Origin: a virus
Lineage: Duplodnaviria > Caudoviricetes
DNA length: 57,211 nucleotides
Strand: one strand, 5' to 3'
IMG/VR virus record: IMGVR_UViG_3300025632_000017
Coordinates: 1-57,211 of that record
The position numbers and the translations under genes were made by a program. The notes under the pieces were generated by a model. The model did no database searches and had not been told where the DNA came from. It was given only the letters and a program-made list of their open reading frames with translations. Every line of letters starts with the position of its first letter. Position 1 is the stretch's first letter. This document shows, one piece after another, positions 7,229 through 16,242 of this stretch.

Positions 7229-7819
7229 ATGACAAACTATGTAAGAAACATCCTTAAGACATACCGCATTGCCACAGTGTCAGACGTAGCAGATGGCGTT
7301 GAATGGTATGATAGAGCAAAGCGCATGGCGGCATGGATTGCAAAAGAGACTGGCATTCCAGAGACAACAGTGATCGGCGCTATGGCGGCTCTATCGCCTA
7401 ACAACAGATGGGAACGGAATTGCAAGGACGCTCTAACTATGTGCCAAGCGTGGATCAATGGCGACACAACAGATGACTTCAAAGTGTCCTGCTATAACAC
7501 GATGAAGCAAAAGGCGTGGTCTATCTTAGAGGATGACCTGACAACAGATGAAGACATTCTTTCCCGCCTCAATGGGCAGAAAATCCGCTCTTTCTACTCT
7601 AATATTCGTGGATTGGATGAAGTAACTATTGATGGTCACGCATTGAATATTGCAAGGGGCAAGCGTGAAGGCCTTACATCTGACAAAACAAACATGGGCA
7701 AGAAACAGTATCGTGAATTGCAAGCCGCCTATGTAACAGCCGCCAAGCGTGTGAAGGTTAAGCCGCATGAATTGCAAGCTATCACATGGACAACATGGAA
7801 ACGTATCCACAACATATAA
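7229..7819 (+). CDS. Conserved early phage protein
   Basis: 196 aa; GVEWYD, AALSPNNRWERN, KIRSFY, VTIDGH, LQAITW motifs; GGAG RBS. Confidence 0.75.
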   Translation: MTNYVRNILKTYRIATVSDVADGVEWYDRAKRMAAWIAKETGIPETTVIGAMAALSPNNRWERNCKDALTMCQAWINGDTTDDFKVSCYNTMKQKAWSILEDDLTTDEDILSRLNGQKIRSFYSNIRGLDEVTIDGHALNIARGKREGLTSDKTNMGKKQYRELQAAYVTAAKRVKVKPHELQAITWTTWKRIHNI

Positions 7820-7831
7820 ATGAGGAATAAT

Positions 7832-7948
7832 ATGACAAAAATATTCAACGTATCAACACGCAAGGTTGGCGGCATCCGCTTTATTAAGATCGGCAAACTA
7901 TGCTTTAGCTATTGCGTAACAACCAAATTCAAACCTATCGGAGGATAA
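7832..7948 (+). CDS. Small early protein (38 aa); not in ORF track
   Basis: GAGGA RBS; MTKIFNVSTRKVGGIRFIKIGKLCFSYCV... Confidence 0.6.
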   Translation: MTKIFNVSTRKVGGIRFIKIGKLCFSYCVTTKFKPIGG

Positions 7949-7954
7949 ACTATC

Positions 7955-8194
7955 ATGGAACGCTATTTCGTAAAAGACATGCGCAGACTTACTAACTCAC
8001 CATCTGGAAATCCACGCTTCAAATTTATCGTGGCGGATCGGTACGGTGAGACAAAAGTATTGCACACAAAAGCTGATGCGATGTTTAACTATAAGATCAC
8101 GCACGGCTGGGCCAATCGTATGATTGAGGGCTATACACACGCCACCAGCCGCAACATAATCCTTGACCATGCAGACATATCGGAGAAATTTTAA
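7955..8194 (+). CDS. Hypothetical early protein
   Basis: GGAGG RBS; NSPSGNPRF motif. Confidence 0.7.
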   Translation: MERYFVKDMRRLTNSPSGNPRFKFIVADRYGETKVLHTKADAMFNYKITHGWANRMIEGYTHATSRNIILDHADISEKF

Positions 8195-8409
8195 TGGCAC
8201 GTTTAGACATAGACACAACAACAATGGAAGTTGCCGCAAGGGCTTTAGCTAAATTCAAGCTGGACTACCCCGACAGGATTACTATTTGGGTAGAAGCAGA
8301 GGAGGGCCAGCTTGATATAAAAATTGGCAGTACAGCAAAGCGCACGAACGAAGGCGGAATGCGTTATCACATATATTTTCACAAGACAGATGGACTGATG
8401 GAGGTTTAA
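8194..8409 (+). CDS. Hypothetical early protein
   Basis: TAATG coupling to upstream gene. Confidence 0.65.
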   Translation: MARLDIDTTTMEVAARALAKFKLDYPDRITIWVEAEEGQLDIKIGSTAKRTNEGGMRYHIYFHKTDGLMEV

Positions 8410-8412
8410 ACA

Positions 8413-8847
8413 ATGGACAGACAAACGCTTAGAAACAGGAGCAACAACCCCGACAACCCCAACAAAAACCTGTGCGGCTATGCTGTAGCTCGTGCGCTGG
8501 GCGTGGATGATGCTACACGATACATTCACACGATTGGAGACCTGCAACGTGCGATCCGCTCTATGTGGTCTCTGCGCAGTGTCAAAACCAAGATGGGCGT
8601 GAAGGCTGGCAAAACCACAGTGGGAGCTATACGCAAAAGAATTGCATCAAAGGGCGAGGCTCTGGCTTACTTGGTACACGTTGAGGGCCATGTGCTTTTG
8701 CTTGACAGGGATGGCTCTACATCTGTAGACACCGCACCAGTGCAACGTGATCGGCGCAAGGTTTTGAAGGTTCAGGGTGTCTATATGTCAGACAATGACA
8801 GAAAGTTTATTAAGATGATGCAACTCAAAGAGGAGAAACTAAAATGA
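8413..8847 (+). CDS. Hypothetical early protein (possible Cys/His/Asp papain-like pattern)
   Basis: GGAGG RBS; NLCGYAVARALG...GHVLLL...VDT. Confidence 0.65.
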   Translation: MDRQTLRNRSNNPDNPNKNLCGYAVARALGVDDATRYIHTIGDLQRAIRSMWSLRSVKTKMGVKAGKTTVGAIRKRIASKGEALAYLVHVEGHVLLLDRDGSTSVDTAPVQRDRRKVLKVQGVYMSDNDRKFIKMMQLKEEKLK

Positions 8848-9167
8848 TCTACGCAATCGCAGACGTACCACACGCCGACTATGACAATTATGACATGCTC
8901 AACAAACTCTTTCACGCATTGTCACCGCTTGGCTGGGTGCATAGCTCATGGAAGAATGACACTTGCCCGTCACTGCTCAAAGAAGAAAAGCACGGGAATT
9001 ATTGTCAGGTATTCGTGGACTATATCAACCCTGACCTGCGTGAAGATCCAGAGTGGAGCTTACTATCATATAACTGTTATGACGCAGAAAATATGCTGAT
9101 ATTTGAGGAGCAGTTTGACAACGTAGACAAACTCATAATCTATCTAACAAAGAAGGTGACATCATGA
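8844..9167 (+). CDS. Hypothetical early protein
   Basis: SSWKNDTCPS motif; ATGA overlap. Confidence 0.7.
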   Translation: MIYAIADVPHADYDNYDMLNKLFHALSPLGWVHSSWKNDTCPSLLKEEKHGNYCQVFVDYINPDLREDPEWSLLSYNCYDAENMLIFEEQFDNVDKLIIYLTKKVTS

Positions 9168-9889
9168 CCAAAGGTATCGTAATCAGTCTTTATGACTTCA
9201 CAGGTGAGGCACTCAAGCCATGGGCAGAGGCAGGTTATGACTGCTACGCCTATGACATCCAGCATCCTGTAGAGGGGCGCACAGAGGGTGGCATCCACTA
9301 CCGCCGTGCTGACCTGCACAACAAGGATAACCTACTTGCCCTACCTTCAGAGTTTAGTGACAAGCCTGTTGTGTTTGGCATGGCCTTCCCTGTCTGCACT
9401 GACATGGCTGTATCAGGTGCGGCACACTTCAAACGTAAGGCTGAACGTGACCCTGAGTTTCAGGTGAAGGCTGTGAACTATGCTAGATGGTGTGCTTGGT
9501 TGTTTGATGCCCTAGGTGTCCCATACTTTGTGGAGAACCCTGTCAGTGTCTTGGCTACTAAGTGGCGCAAGCCTGACCACAGCTTCCACCCTTATGAGTA
9601 TGGTGGCTACATCCCTGACGATCAGGCAGAGCATCCACGCTGGCCTGAGTATATCGCACCCCGTGATGGATATAAAAAGAAGACCTGCCTATGGACGGGT
9701 GGTGGCTTTGTGATGCCTACAAAGGTATCTGTTGACCCTGAGAAGTACCATGGCAACGGTTACAGCACAGCCATGATGAAGCTGGGCGGTAAGTCACAGC
9801 GCACCAAAGACATACGATCTGCCACACCCCGTGGGTTTGCCAAGGCAGTCTATGAGTTTAACAGCCAACCAGTAAAGGAGAAGGCGTAA
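9164..9889 (+). CDS. DNA cytosine-C5 methyltransferase-like protein
   Basis: SLYDFTG (motif I-like), FPVCT (motif IV-like), VENPV (motif VI), YKKKTCLW, RSATPRGFAKAV. Confidence 0.7.
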   Translation: MTKGIVISLYDFTGEALKPWAEAGYDCYAYDIQHPVEGRTEGGIHYRRADLHNKDNLLALPSEFSDKPVVFGMAFPVCTDMAVSGAAHFKRKAERDPEFQVKAVNYARWCAWLFDALGVPYFVENPVSVLATKWRKPDHSFHPYEYGGYIPDDQAEHPRWPEYIAPRDGYKKKTCLWTGGGFVMPTKVSVDPEKYHGNGYSTAMMKLGGKSQRTKDIRSATPRGFAKAVYEFNSQPVKEKA

Positions 9890-10035
9890 TGGATAGAGAA
9901 GTATTCTTTGATTGGCTTGATGCAATGGTGCTGTCGGATGACAGCCGTGGATTGTCGTGGCAAGTCGCACAGGATGATGGTGACGGGTGCATCACAGTAA
10001 AGTTTCATAATGTAGAAGAAGAAGAGACAGAATAA
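9889..10035 (+). CDS. Small hypothetical protein (48 aa)
   Basis: AGGAG RBS, TAATG coupling; MDREVFFDWLD... Confidence 0.6.
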   Translation: MDREVFFDWLDAMVLSDDSRGLSWQVAQDDGDGCITVKFHNVEEEETE

Positions 10036-10088
10036 CACCCACCAATGACACCCTATACTAGTAACGGTTAAAACAGGAGAGAAAACAA

Positions 10089-10262
10089 ATGTATACGCTA
10101 GAACTAACATCAAGCCAGCTACTCATGCTGAAGGAACTGATCGACAATGACATTGAAATATCCTGCATGGATGCACCAGACTACACTGACATGGATGCCA
10201 TGCAATACTATCTGGATCGGTGCACAGTGTACCACCTAGTAAAAGAGGAACTAGAGACATGA
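10089..10262 (+). CDS. Small hypothetical protein (57 aa)
   Basis: AGGAGAG RBS; MYTLELTSSQLLMLKELID... Confidence 0.6.
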   Translation: MYTLELTSSQLLMLKELIDNDIEISCMDAPDYTDMDAMQYYLDRCTVYHLVKEELET

Positions 10263-10411
10263 TCCGTATCATACTCACCAGCAAGATCACGCACAAACCC
10301 TTGTGTTATCACACCGTGACAGACATGAGAGAGGCAGACAGGCTGGCTGCTAATTACAGCCGCATGGAAGGTGTCAAGGTAGAGGTGTTGCAACTGAGCA
10401 ACGTGACATAA
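10259..10411 (+). CDS. Small hypothetical protein (50 aa)
   Basis: ATGA overlap; MIRIILTSK... Confidence 0.55.
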   Translation: MIRIILTSKITHKPLCYHTVTDMREADRLAANYSRMEGVKVEVLQLSNVT

Positions 10412-10476
10412 TGGTAACATTGACGCAGATTAACACAACGAATAACCTACAAATGTCTAACATAGGAGAAACAGAC

Positions 10477-10692
10477 ATGACTAACACACAAAACTCTAAG
10501 ATCATCACACACCTTCGTGCAACCAAGGGTCTGACCCAGCGTGAGGCTATGCTTGACTACAGCATCCAGTCATTCACCAAGCGTATCTCTGAGCTACGCA
10601 AGTCAGGCTACCGCATTGATGGCGTTAAGGGTAAGCACCCTGTGACAGGTCAGCAGTACACACGCTATGTGCTAATTGAGGAGACAGCATAA
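10477..10692 (+). CDS. Winged helix-turn-helix protein
   Basis: TQNSKIITHL...LTQREA...RISELRKSGYRI...YTRY; AGGAG RBS. Confidence 0.75.
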   Translation: MTNTQNSKIITHLRATKGLTQREAMLDYSIQSFTKRISELRKSGYRIDGVKGKHPVTGQQYTRYVLIEETA

Positions 10693-10895
10693 TGATTGCA
10701 AGTCGTGCCATAAAAGTATACGCCAGTGTGGGTCAGCCTGATGGTGAGTATGTCACCACAGTCTTCACACCTCACGATGCAAACCTGGCTCGTATCAAGC
10801 TATTCAAACGCACGGGTGTACGCCGTGTCATATTCAAGACAGCAACAGGTAATGAGCTTGCCTCATTCATCAACAATAAGGTAGAAAAACCATGA
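10692..10895 (+). CDS. Hypothetical protein
   Basis: 67 aa, coupled, GAGGAG RBS. Confidence 0.65.
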   Translation: MIASRAIKVYASVGQPDGEYVTTVFTPHDANLARIKLFKRTGVRRVIFKTATGNELASFINNKVEKP

Positions 10896-10963
10896 TTAAT
10901 AAACTAATCACAGCATTTTTAATTTGGCCCTTCGTAGCCTTAGTTATAGCGTATGCTTTTTAA
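10892..10963 (+). CDS. 23-aa hydrophobic peptide
   Basis: ATGA overlap; MINKLITAFLIWPFVALVIAYAF. Confidence 0.4.
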   Translation: MINKLITAFLIWPFVALVIAYAF

Positions 10964-11030
10964 GATACATGACCCGCACGATGAATGTTCTCATTGAGCG
11001 GGTTACTTACCTAAACTGTAGGAGAGAGAG

Positions 11031-11945
11031 ATGAGAAAGCCGGAGAGCACAGACAAAATAGAAAAGTTACTATCATTCTATATGCGAAGTCCTGCCTTCG
11101 CTAAACTAAAAGGAGAAACTCAAAAGCAGTACGAGAGACATCTAACTAATGTTGGTAACACTAAAGTTTATGCAATTCTACTTAAAAACTACAGGATAGA
11201 AGACCTGAGAGCCAGTCATCTCACAAATGCCTATGAGCAATGGCTTAATACAGGAACTCGTACAGCAAACTATCGTAAGACCGCACTGAGTGCAGCATGG
11301 AAGTATGGATTGCGTAATGACATAATGATCCACGATCCTGTGCGTCTAATCAAGACAGAGACAACAGAGCCTCGCAAAGTTAAGTGGTCACGGGATCAAG
11401 TTAAAACATTCCTAGACACAGGCTATAGCCAAACGAAATGGCGTAACCTTACTCTAATTGTTCACATGGCATATGACTGGGGCCAACGCATAGGCGACAT
11501 GAGAACTCTTACATGGGATAAATTAAACCTAGAAGAGTGTCGCTTAGATATTACACAATCGAAACGAGGCGCAGAGGTACACCTACCTATTAGCTCTGGC
11601 TTATGCCAGATGCTACAGAAACAGCATGAAGACTTTGGGTTCCAGGATTTTGTTGCTCCTAGAATAGAGCCTAGATGTGGCGTATATGTTGCTTACTCAG
11701 AGAAGAATATTTCTAGTATTCTCAATGATATACTACAAGAAGCTAACCTACCAAACCAACTAACAGCCATGGACTTACGCCGCACAGCAGTGACAGAAAT
11801 GATGGAGGCTGGTGTTGACCTTGTTGGTATCATGCAGGTAACAGGACACAAGAGTATGAATAGCGTGAGGCCTTACATGGTCAACACATTCAGTGGTGCA
11901 TCCAAGGCACTAGCAGCGAGAGGTAATGGCGATGACGAGAGTTAG
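11031..11945 (+). CDS. int: Tyrosine recombinase / integrase
   Basis: GQRIGD (R), QSKRG (K), MDLRRT, VTGH, PY catalytic pattern. Confidence 0.9.
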   Translation: MRKPESTDKIEKLLSFYMRSPAFAKLKGETQKQYERHLTNVGNTKVYAILLKNYRIEDLRASHLTNAYEQWLNTGTRTANYRKTALSAAWKYGLRNDIMIHDPVRLIKTETTEPRKVKWSRDQVKTFLDTGYSQTKWRNLTLIVHMAYDWGQRIGDMRTLTWDKLNLEECRLDITQSKRGAEVHLPISSGLCQMLQKQHEDFGFQDFVAPRIEPRCGVYVAYSEKNISSILNDILQEANLPNQLTAMDLRRTAVTEMMEAGVDLVGIMQVTGHKSMNSVRPYMVNTFSGASKALAARGNGDDES

Positions 11946-12276
11946 ATCCCCCGAGACAATAAACAGAGATAACATTAGGAAGAGAAAAAGATACGACTAT
12001 GGTCAGGCTGTACTAAAGCGTTACAAAGTAAGGAAGGGTTGCGCTAAGTGTGGCTACAACAAAAGTGCACAGGCGTTACAGTTCAACCATATCAACCCAG
12101 AGGATAAATGTTTCCTTATAGCACAAAGGGCACATAATATGTACCTGAAAAGACACACTAAAGGTAAACAGATGCTAAGGTCAGAGATAGCTAAGTGTCA
12201 AGTGTTGTGTGCTAACTGTCACTGCATACTTACTTTTGAGGAAAAACACTTTGGTGTGAAGCGGAAGGGTAGGTAG
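11926..12276 (+). CDS. HNH endonuclease
   Basis: CAKCG...LQFNHINP...KCQVLCANCH. Confidence 0.8.
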   Translation: MAMTRVRSPETINRDNIRKRKRYDYGQAVLKRYKVRKGCAKCGYNKSAQALQFNHINPEDKCFLIAQRAHNMYLKRHTKGKQMLRSEIAKCQVLCANCHCILTFEEKHFGVKRKGR

Positions 12277-13056
12277 ATGAACATTCGTAAATATTTAGAC
12301 AGCCTGGACTTAAGAGAGGATGAGAGCAGACGTATGAACTGCCCATCCTGCTATGCCAAGAACACATTCACGATCACTAAAGAGATGGGTCTAATCAAGT
12401 ACAACTGTTACAAGCTAGACTGTAGCATTGGCGGGTATCATCACACTGACCTTACAGCAGCAGAGATAAAAATACTCATGGCTAAACAAGAGAAGCCTAT
12501 GCAGATGGAGCCTGAGACTATGGAGATACCTGAGTATGTGGTACAGCCTACAGCAGAGCATGATAAGTTTCACAGGTTCACTAAACGCTGGGGTATCGTA
12601 GACAGACGCCTACTCTATGACGTTAAGGATGAACGTGTTGTATTCCCGATACACTACAAAGGGCGCATCATTGATGCTAATGGACGTGCAGTAGGCGAGA
12701 AGCTGCCTAAGTGGTATCGCTACACAGGTAAGGCAGACTACTACACAGTAGGGACGGGGCCAACACTTCTAGTCTTAGAGGATTGTGTCTCTGCCATGGT
12801 AGCATACCAAGAGTTTCCTAATGTAACAGCTATGGCAATACTTGGCACAGCCCTTACAGCCGCACACATGGATAAAATAAGCGAGTATGACGATGTTATC
12901 GTAGCACTAGATCCTGATGCAGCACACAAGACTTTGCAGTTTAGTAGAGAGATAGCACTATGGACAAATGCAAATAGTACAGCCTTCAGGCTTGACGATG
13001 ACATCAAATATAGGCTAACTGATGACCTAGAACGATTAAAGGAATTACTATCATGA
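12277..13056 (+). CDS. DNA primase
   Basis: N-terminal Zn finger CPSC...CYKLDC; TOPRIM VLEDCVSA, LGT, ALDPDA. Confidence 0.9.
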   Translation: MNIRKYLDSLDLREDESRRMNCPSCYAKNTFTITKEMGLIKYNCYKLDCSIGGYHHTDLTAAEIKILMAKQEKPMQMEPETMEIPEYVVQPTAEHDKFHRFTKRWGIVDRRLLYDVKDERVVFPIHYKGRIIDANGRAVGEKLPKWYRYTGKADYYTVGTGPTLLVLEDCVSAMVAYQEFPNVTAMAILGTALTAAHMDKISEYDDVIVALDPDAAHKTLQFSREIALWTNANSTAFRLDDDIKYRLTDDLERLKELLS

Positions 13057-13190
13057 ACGATCTAAAAGATTTTCTCAAAGAGATGGGCCTAGAGAGTGTC
13101 CACCCTAAGCCTAGCGCAGAGAAGCCTGACTATATGCAGCCAGGATATTATGTAGATCCACGAAACAAATACGGTGAGGTTCCATTCTGA
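13053..13190 (+). CDS. Small hypothetical protein (45 aa)
   Basis: Coupled both sides; MNDLKDFLKEMGL...GEVPF. Confidence 0.6.
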   Translation: MNDLKDFLKEMGLESVHPKPSAEKPDYMQPGYYVDPRNKYGEVPF

Positions 13191-13840
13191 TGATTAAAGC
13201 AACATACATTGATCACATGGGTAATGACTTGACGGTAGCCAACGCTGCACGAGTGTCATTTGGTAAGACATCTCAGATGGAAGACGATCCTTGGGGGCCA
13301 CCAAAGCTCAAGGCTAAGGATGATAAGCTCATCCGTTATCTAGCCAAGCATCGTCATATCAGTCCCTTTGGGCATTGCTTTGCAAGCTTCCATGTCAAGG
13401 CTCCAATCTTTGTGGCACGGCAGCTAGTCAAGCATAAGTTCTTGAGATGGAACGAAATATCTAGGCGCTATGTGGATGATGAGCCAGAGTTTTATGTACC
13501 TGACGTGTGGCGTGGGCGCAGTTCTGACAAGAAGCAAGGCTCTGATGGTGTCGTTGATGTAGGTGACTGGGGTGATACTAACTGGGCATGTCTAAAAGCC
13601 TACAACGATCTTCTTGAGCATGGTGTAGCACCTGAGATGGCACGTATGGTGCTACCACAGTCAACCATGACTGAGTGGTACTGGTCAGGTAGCCTAGATG
13701 CCTTTGCTGATATGTGTAACCTACGCTGCAAGCGTGACACACAGGCAGAGACACGAGAGGTAGCTGCCCAGATAGACCACAAGATGATTGAACTATTCCC
13801 TGTATCGTGGGATGCACTAACGGAGGATGAAGATGGCTAA
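13190..13840 (+). CDS. thyX: Flavin-dependent thymidylate synthase
   Basis: [46 protein letters not shown]. Confidence 0.95.
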   Translation: MIKATYIDHMGNDLTVANAARVSFGKTSQMEDDPWGPPKLKAKDDKLIRYLAKHRHISPFGHCFASFHVKAPIFVARQLVKHKFLRWNEISRRYVDDEPEFYVPDVWRGRSSDKKQGSDGVVDVGDWGDTNWACLKAYNDLLEHGVAPEMARMVLPQSTMTEWYWSGSLDAFADMCNLRCKRDTQAETREVAAQIDHKMIELFPVSWDALTEDEDG

Positions 13841-14045
13841 ACTGTATGACTTAGAGCCAATGATAATGGACTGCTGGCATGTATGCGATGACCTACAGAT
13901 AGTCTTCAGACAGATCGGTGATGGTGAACGTGAGCCTACACATGATGAAATGATGAACACCTTGATGGGTATGCAGCAGCTATACCAGTGGAAGTTTGAG
14001 CAGTTGTTCAACAAGTATGAGGATGTACTCCGTGACAGACAATGA
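13827..14045 (+). CDS. Hypothetical protein
   Basis: 72 aa in operon. Confidence 0.65.
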   Translation: MKMAKLYDLEPMIMDCWHVCDDLQIVFRQIGDGEREPTHDEMMNTLMGMQQLYQWKFEQLFNKYEDVLRDRQ

Positions 14046-14116
14046 GTGGCCTTTAGAGGCAGACTTTAGTGACATAAGACCTATGACGCCAGAAGAACGT
14101 AAGGCTGCACAGGAAC

Positions 14117-14464
14117 GTGACGAAAAGAACGGAGCTAAGAAGAATGATTCGTAGTGAATGGAAACGTTTGATGAAAGAGAACCAGGACTTTAAGGAGAGT
14201 GTATTGGCTGAGCATAATAGAATAGAACCGCCTGTTACGGCAGCGGATAATGTCAACAACCCAGCGCACTATGGTAAGGGTAGCATTGAGTGCATTGACT
14301 ACATTGAAGACTTCCTCACCACAGAGGAATACATAGGCTACCTGCGTGGTAACATAGCTAAGTACCTACACCGCTGGCGTTACAAGAACAAGCAAGAGGA
14401 TCTACTCAAGTCACAGTGGTACTTGGATCGTCTTATAAAGCTAAATGGAAAGGATAAGACATGA
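14117..14464 (+). CDS. DUF3310 family protein (T7 gp1.7-like); start probably 14143
   Basis: DNVNNPAHY, IECIDYI, GNIAKYLHRWRYKN, EDLLKSQWYL. Confidence 0.85.
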   Translation: MTKRTELRRMIRSEWKRLMKENQDFKESVLAEHNRIEPPVTAADNVNNPAHYGKGSIECIDYIEDFLTTEEYIGYLRGNIAKYLHRWRYKNKQEDLLKSQWYLDRLIKLNGKDKT

Positions 14465-14589
14465 TGCCTGTAGGTCAATTACGTTTGTTGCTCACCAAGG
14501 CAGGGCTTGAGTATGTCATCACCCGTGTGGAAGGTAACGTAGCTCACGTTAACATTCTTGTAGCGGAGCAGCCTGATGTACACAGTTGA
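14461..14589 (+). CDS. Small hypothetical protein (42 aa)
   Basis: ATGA overlap, AAGGA RBS. Confidence 0.5.
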   Translation: MMPVGQLRLLLTKAGLEYVITRVEGNVAHVNILVAEQPDVHS

Positions 14590-14818
14590 GTTTGAATCAG
14601 ACGCTGCTGTAATCACAACCCTAGACCAGGATGACATGCACGAGGATGTGGAAGTCATCTTAGGTGATGATGGTGATGTATATATCCGACAGTTTGAACC
14701 AGACATGGACTGTTACCAGATGATTATCATGAGCCATCAGCAACTCATTGATATTATAGCAGCATACAACAGTAAAGAAGGGGCTTTCTACATAACATTT
14801 GAGAGGCCACAAGTATGA
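14576..14818 (+). CDS. Hypothetical protein
   Basis: 80 aa, GGAG RBS. Confidence 0.7.
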   Translation: MYTVEFESDAAVITTLDQDDMHEDVEVILGDDGDVYIRQFEPDMDCYQMIIMSHQQLIDIIAAYNSKEGAFYITFERPQV

Positions 14819-15027
14819 ATGAACTAGGACAAGGGTTTTTCGCTGGCGTATTCGCAATGTATGTGTTAGCCCTACCCTTAATATACCATATGGTAGAGCC
14901 AGAGGATGAGGAGATGGATAACTCTGGCCCTATCAAGTTTGCTTTCCTGTGGCCTTTGATTGCACTGGAAGTATTATATCGTATCTTTGTAGGAGAGAAA
15001 GACAATGATGGAACTGGCACTAATTAA
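14815..15027 (+). CDS. Small two-TM membrane protein
   Basis: Two hydrophobic segments; FLWP motif. Confidence 0.65.
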   Translation: MNELGQGFFAGVFAMYVLALPLIYHMVEPEDEEMDNSGPIKFAFLWPLIALEVLYRIFVGEKDNDGTGTN

Positions 15028-16231
15028 GACGTTACTTAACCGTGACTTCTATGAACAACACAAAGGCATTCGCTGCCCTGATAAAATCTTCACTAAGGAT
15101 GTACGCAAGATCAAGCAGGCACTAGATGCTGCCATGAGGACATATGATGGCGATCTAAACACATCAGACCTAGAGGCCTTGTTCTACTCACAGAACCAGA
15201 CGATGACAACTGCCACTAAGACTGCCTATGAAGATCTCTTTCGCAAGATAAATAAAGAAGACACTATCAAAGAGGATATTGCTACAGACGTACTTGGCAG
15301 TATGTTTCAGCAGTATGTAGGCGAACAGGTAGCCAACCTAGGCTTTGACTTCGTTAACGGCACACAGACCAGCCTAGAGCCGCTCAGACGTATGCTTGAG
15401 AACTACAAGGATGACTTCACCCCCAACCTTCGTATTGAGTGGGAAGACATTAGTATCGACACACTACTCAAGGCAAACGATCTACAGACACAATGGAAGT
15501 TTAATATCCCTAGCCTACGCCGCAAGGTAGAGGGTGTCAGTGGTGGTCACTTACTGTTGGTAGGCGCACGTCCTAACACAGGTAAGACATCCTTCCATGC
15601 CTCTCTCATTGCTGGACCAGAGGGCTGGGCGCACCAAGGTGCTAAGTGTGTGGTGCTATGTAATGAGGAAGCATATGAGCGTGTAGGAGCACGTTACTTG
15701 AGCGCAGCCTCTAACATGTCCATGGATGAGGTTAAGGCTAACGTAGCCCTCGCTCGTAGCCGCTATGAACCTGTTAGGAAGAACATCCGCATCAAGGACA
15801 GCACCAACAAGGATATGCAGTGGGTTGAGTCTCTGGTCAAACAAGAGAAGCCAGACGTACTGATCCTGGACATGGGTGACAAGTTCGCCAGCAAGACAAG
15901 TGATAAGTCCGATGTGTACCTAAAAGATGCGGCTATCTATGCTCGTAACATCGCTAAGCAATACAACTGTTGTGTTGTATGGATGTCACAGCTGAGTGCT
16001 GTAGCAGAGGGCAAGGTATATGTAGACCAATCCATGATGGAAGGCAGTAAGACAGGTAAAGCAGCAGAGGCAGACCTTATGGTTCTGATCTCTAAGAACC
16101 CCATTGTTGAGGGTGCTGATGAAGAAGATACACAACGGCACTTGAATATAGCTAAGAATAAGCTTAAGGGTGGTTGGCACGGTGTAGTACACTGTGAGTT
16201 AGACGGGGCGAGATCACTATATCAAGCCTAG
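15005..16231 (+). CDS. DnaB-like (SF4) replicative helicase
   Basis: GARPNTGKT Walker A, LILDM, MSQL, EADL, NIAKNK. Confidence 0.95.
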   Translation: MMELALIKTLLNRDFYEQHKGIRCPDKIFTKDVRKIKQALDAAMRTYDGDLNTSDLEALFYSQNQTMTTATKTAYEDLFRKINKEDTIKEDIATDVLGSMFQQYVGEQVANLGFDFVNGTQTSLEPLRRMLENYKDDFTPNLRIEWEDISIDTLLKANDLQTQWKFNIPSLRRKVEGVSGGHLLLVGARPNTGKTSFHASLIAGPEGWAHQGAKCVVLCNEEAYERVGARYLSAASNMSMDEVKANVALARSRYEPVRKNIRIKDSTNKDMQWVESLVKQEKPDVLILDMGDKFASKTSDKSDVYLKDAAIYARNIAKQYNCCVVWMSQLSAVAEGKVYVDQSMMEGSKTGKAAEADLMVLISKNPIVEGADEEDTQRHLNIAKNKLKGGWHGVVHCELDGARSLYQA

Positions 16232-16242
16232 AGGAGAGAGAG

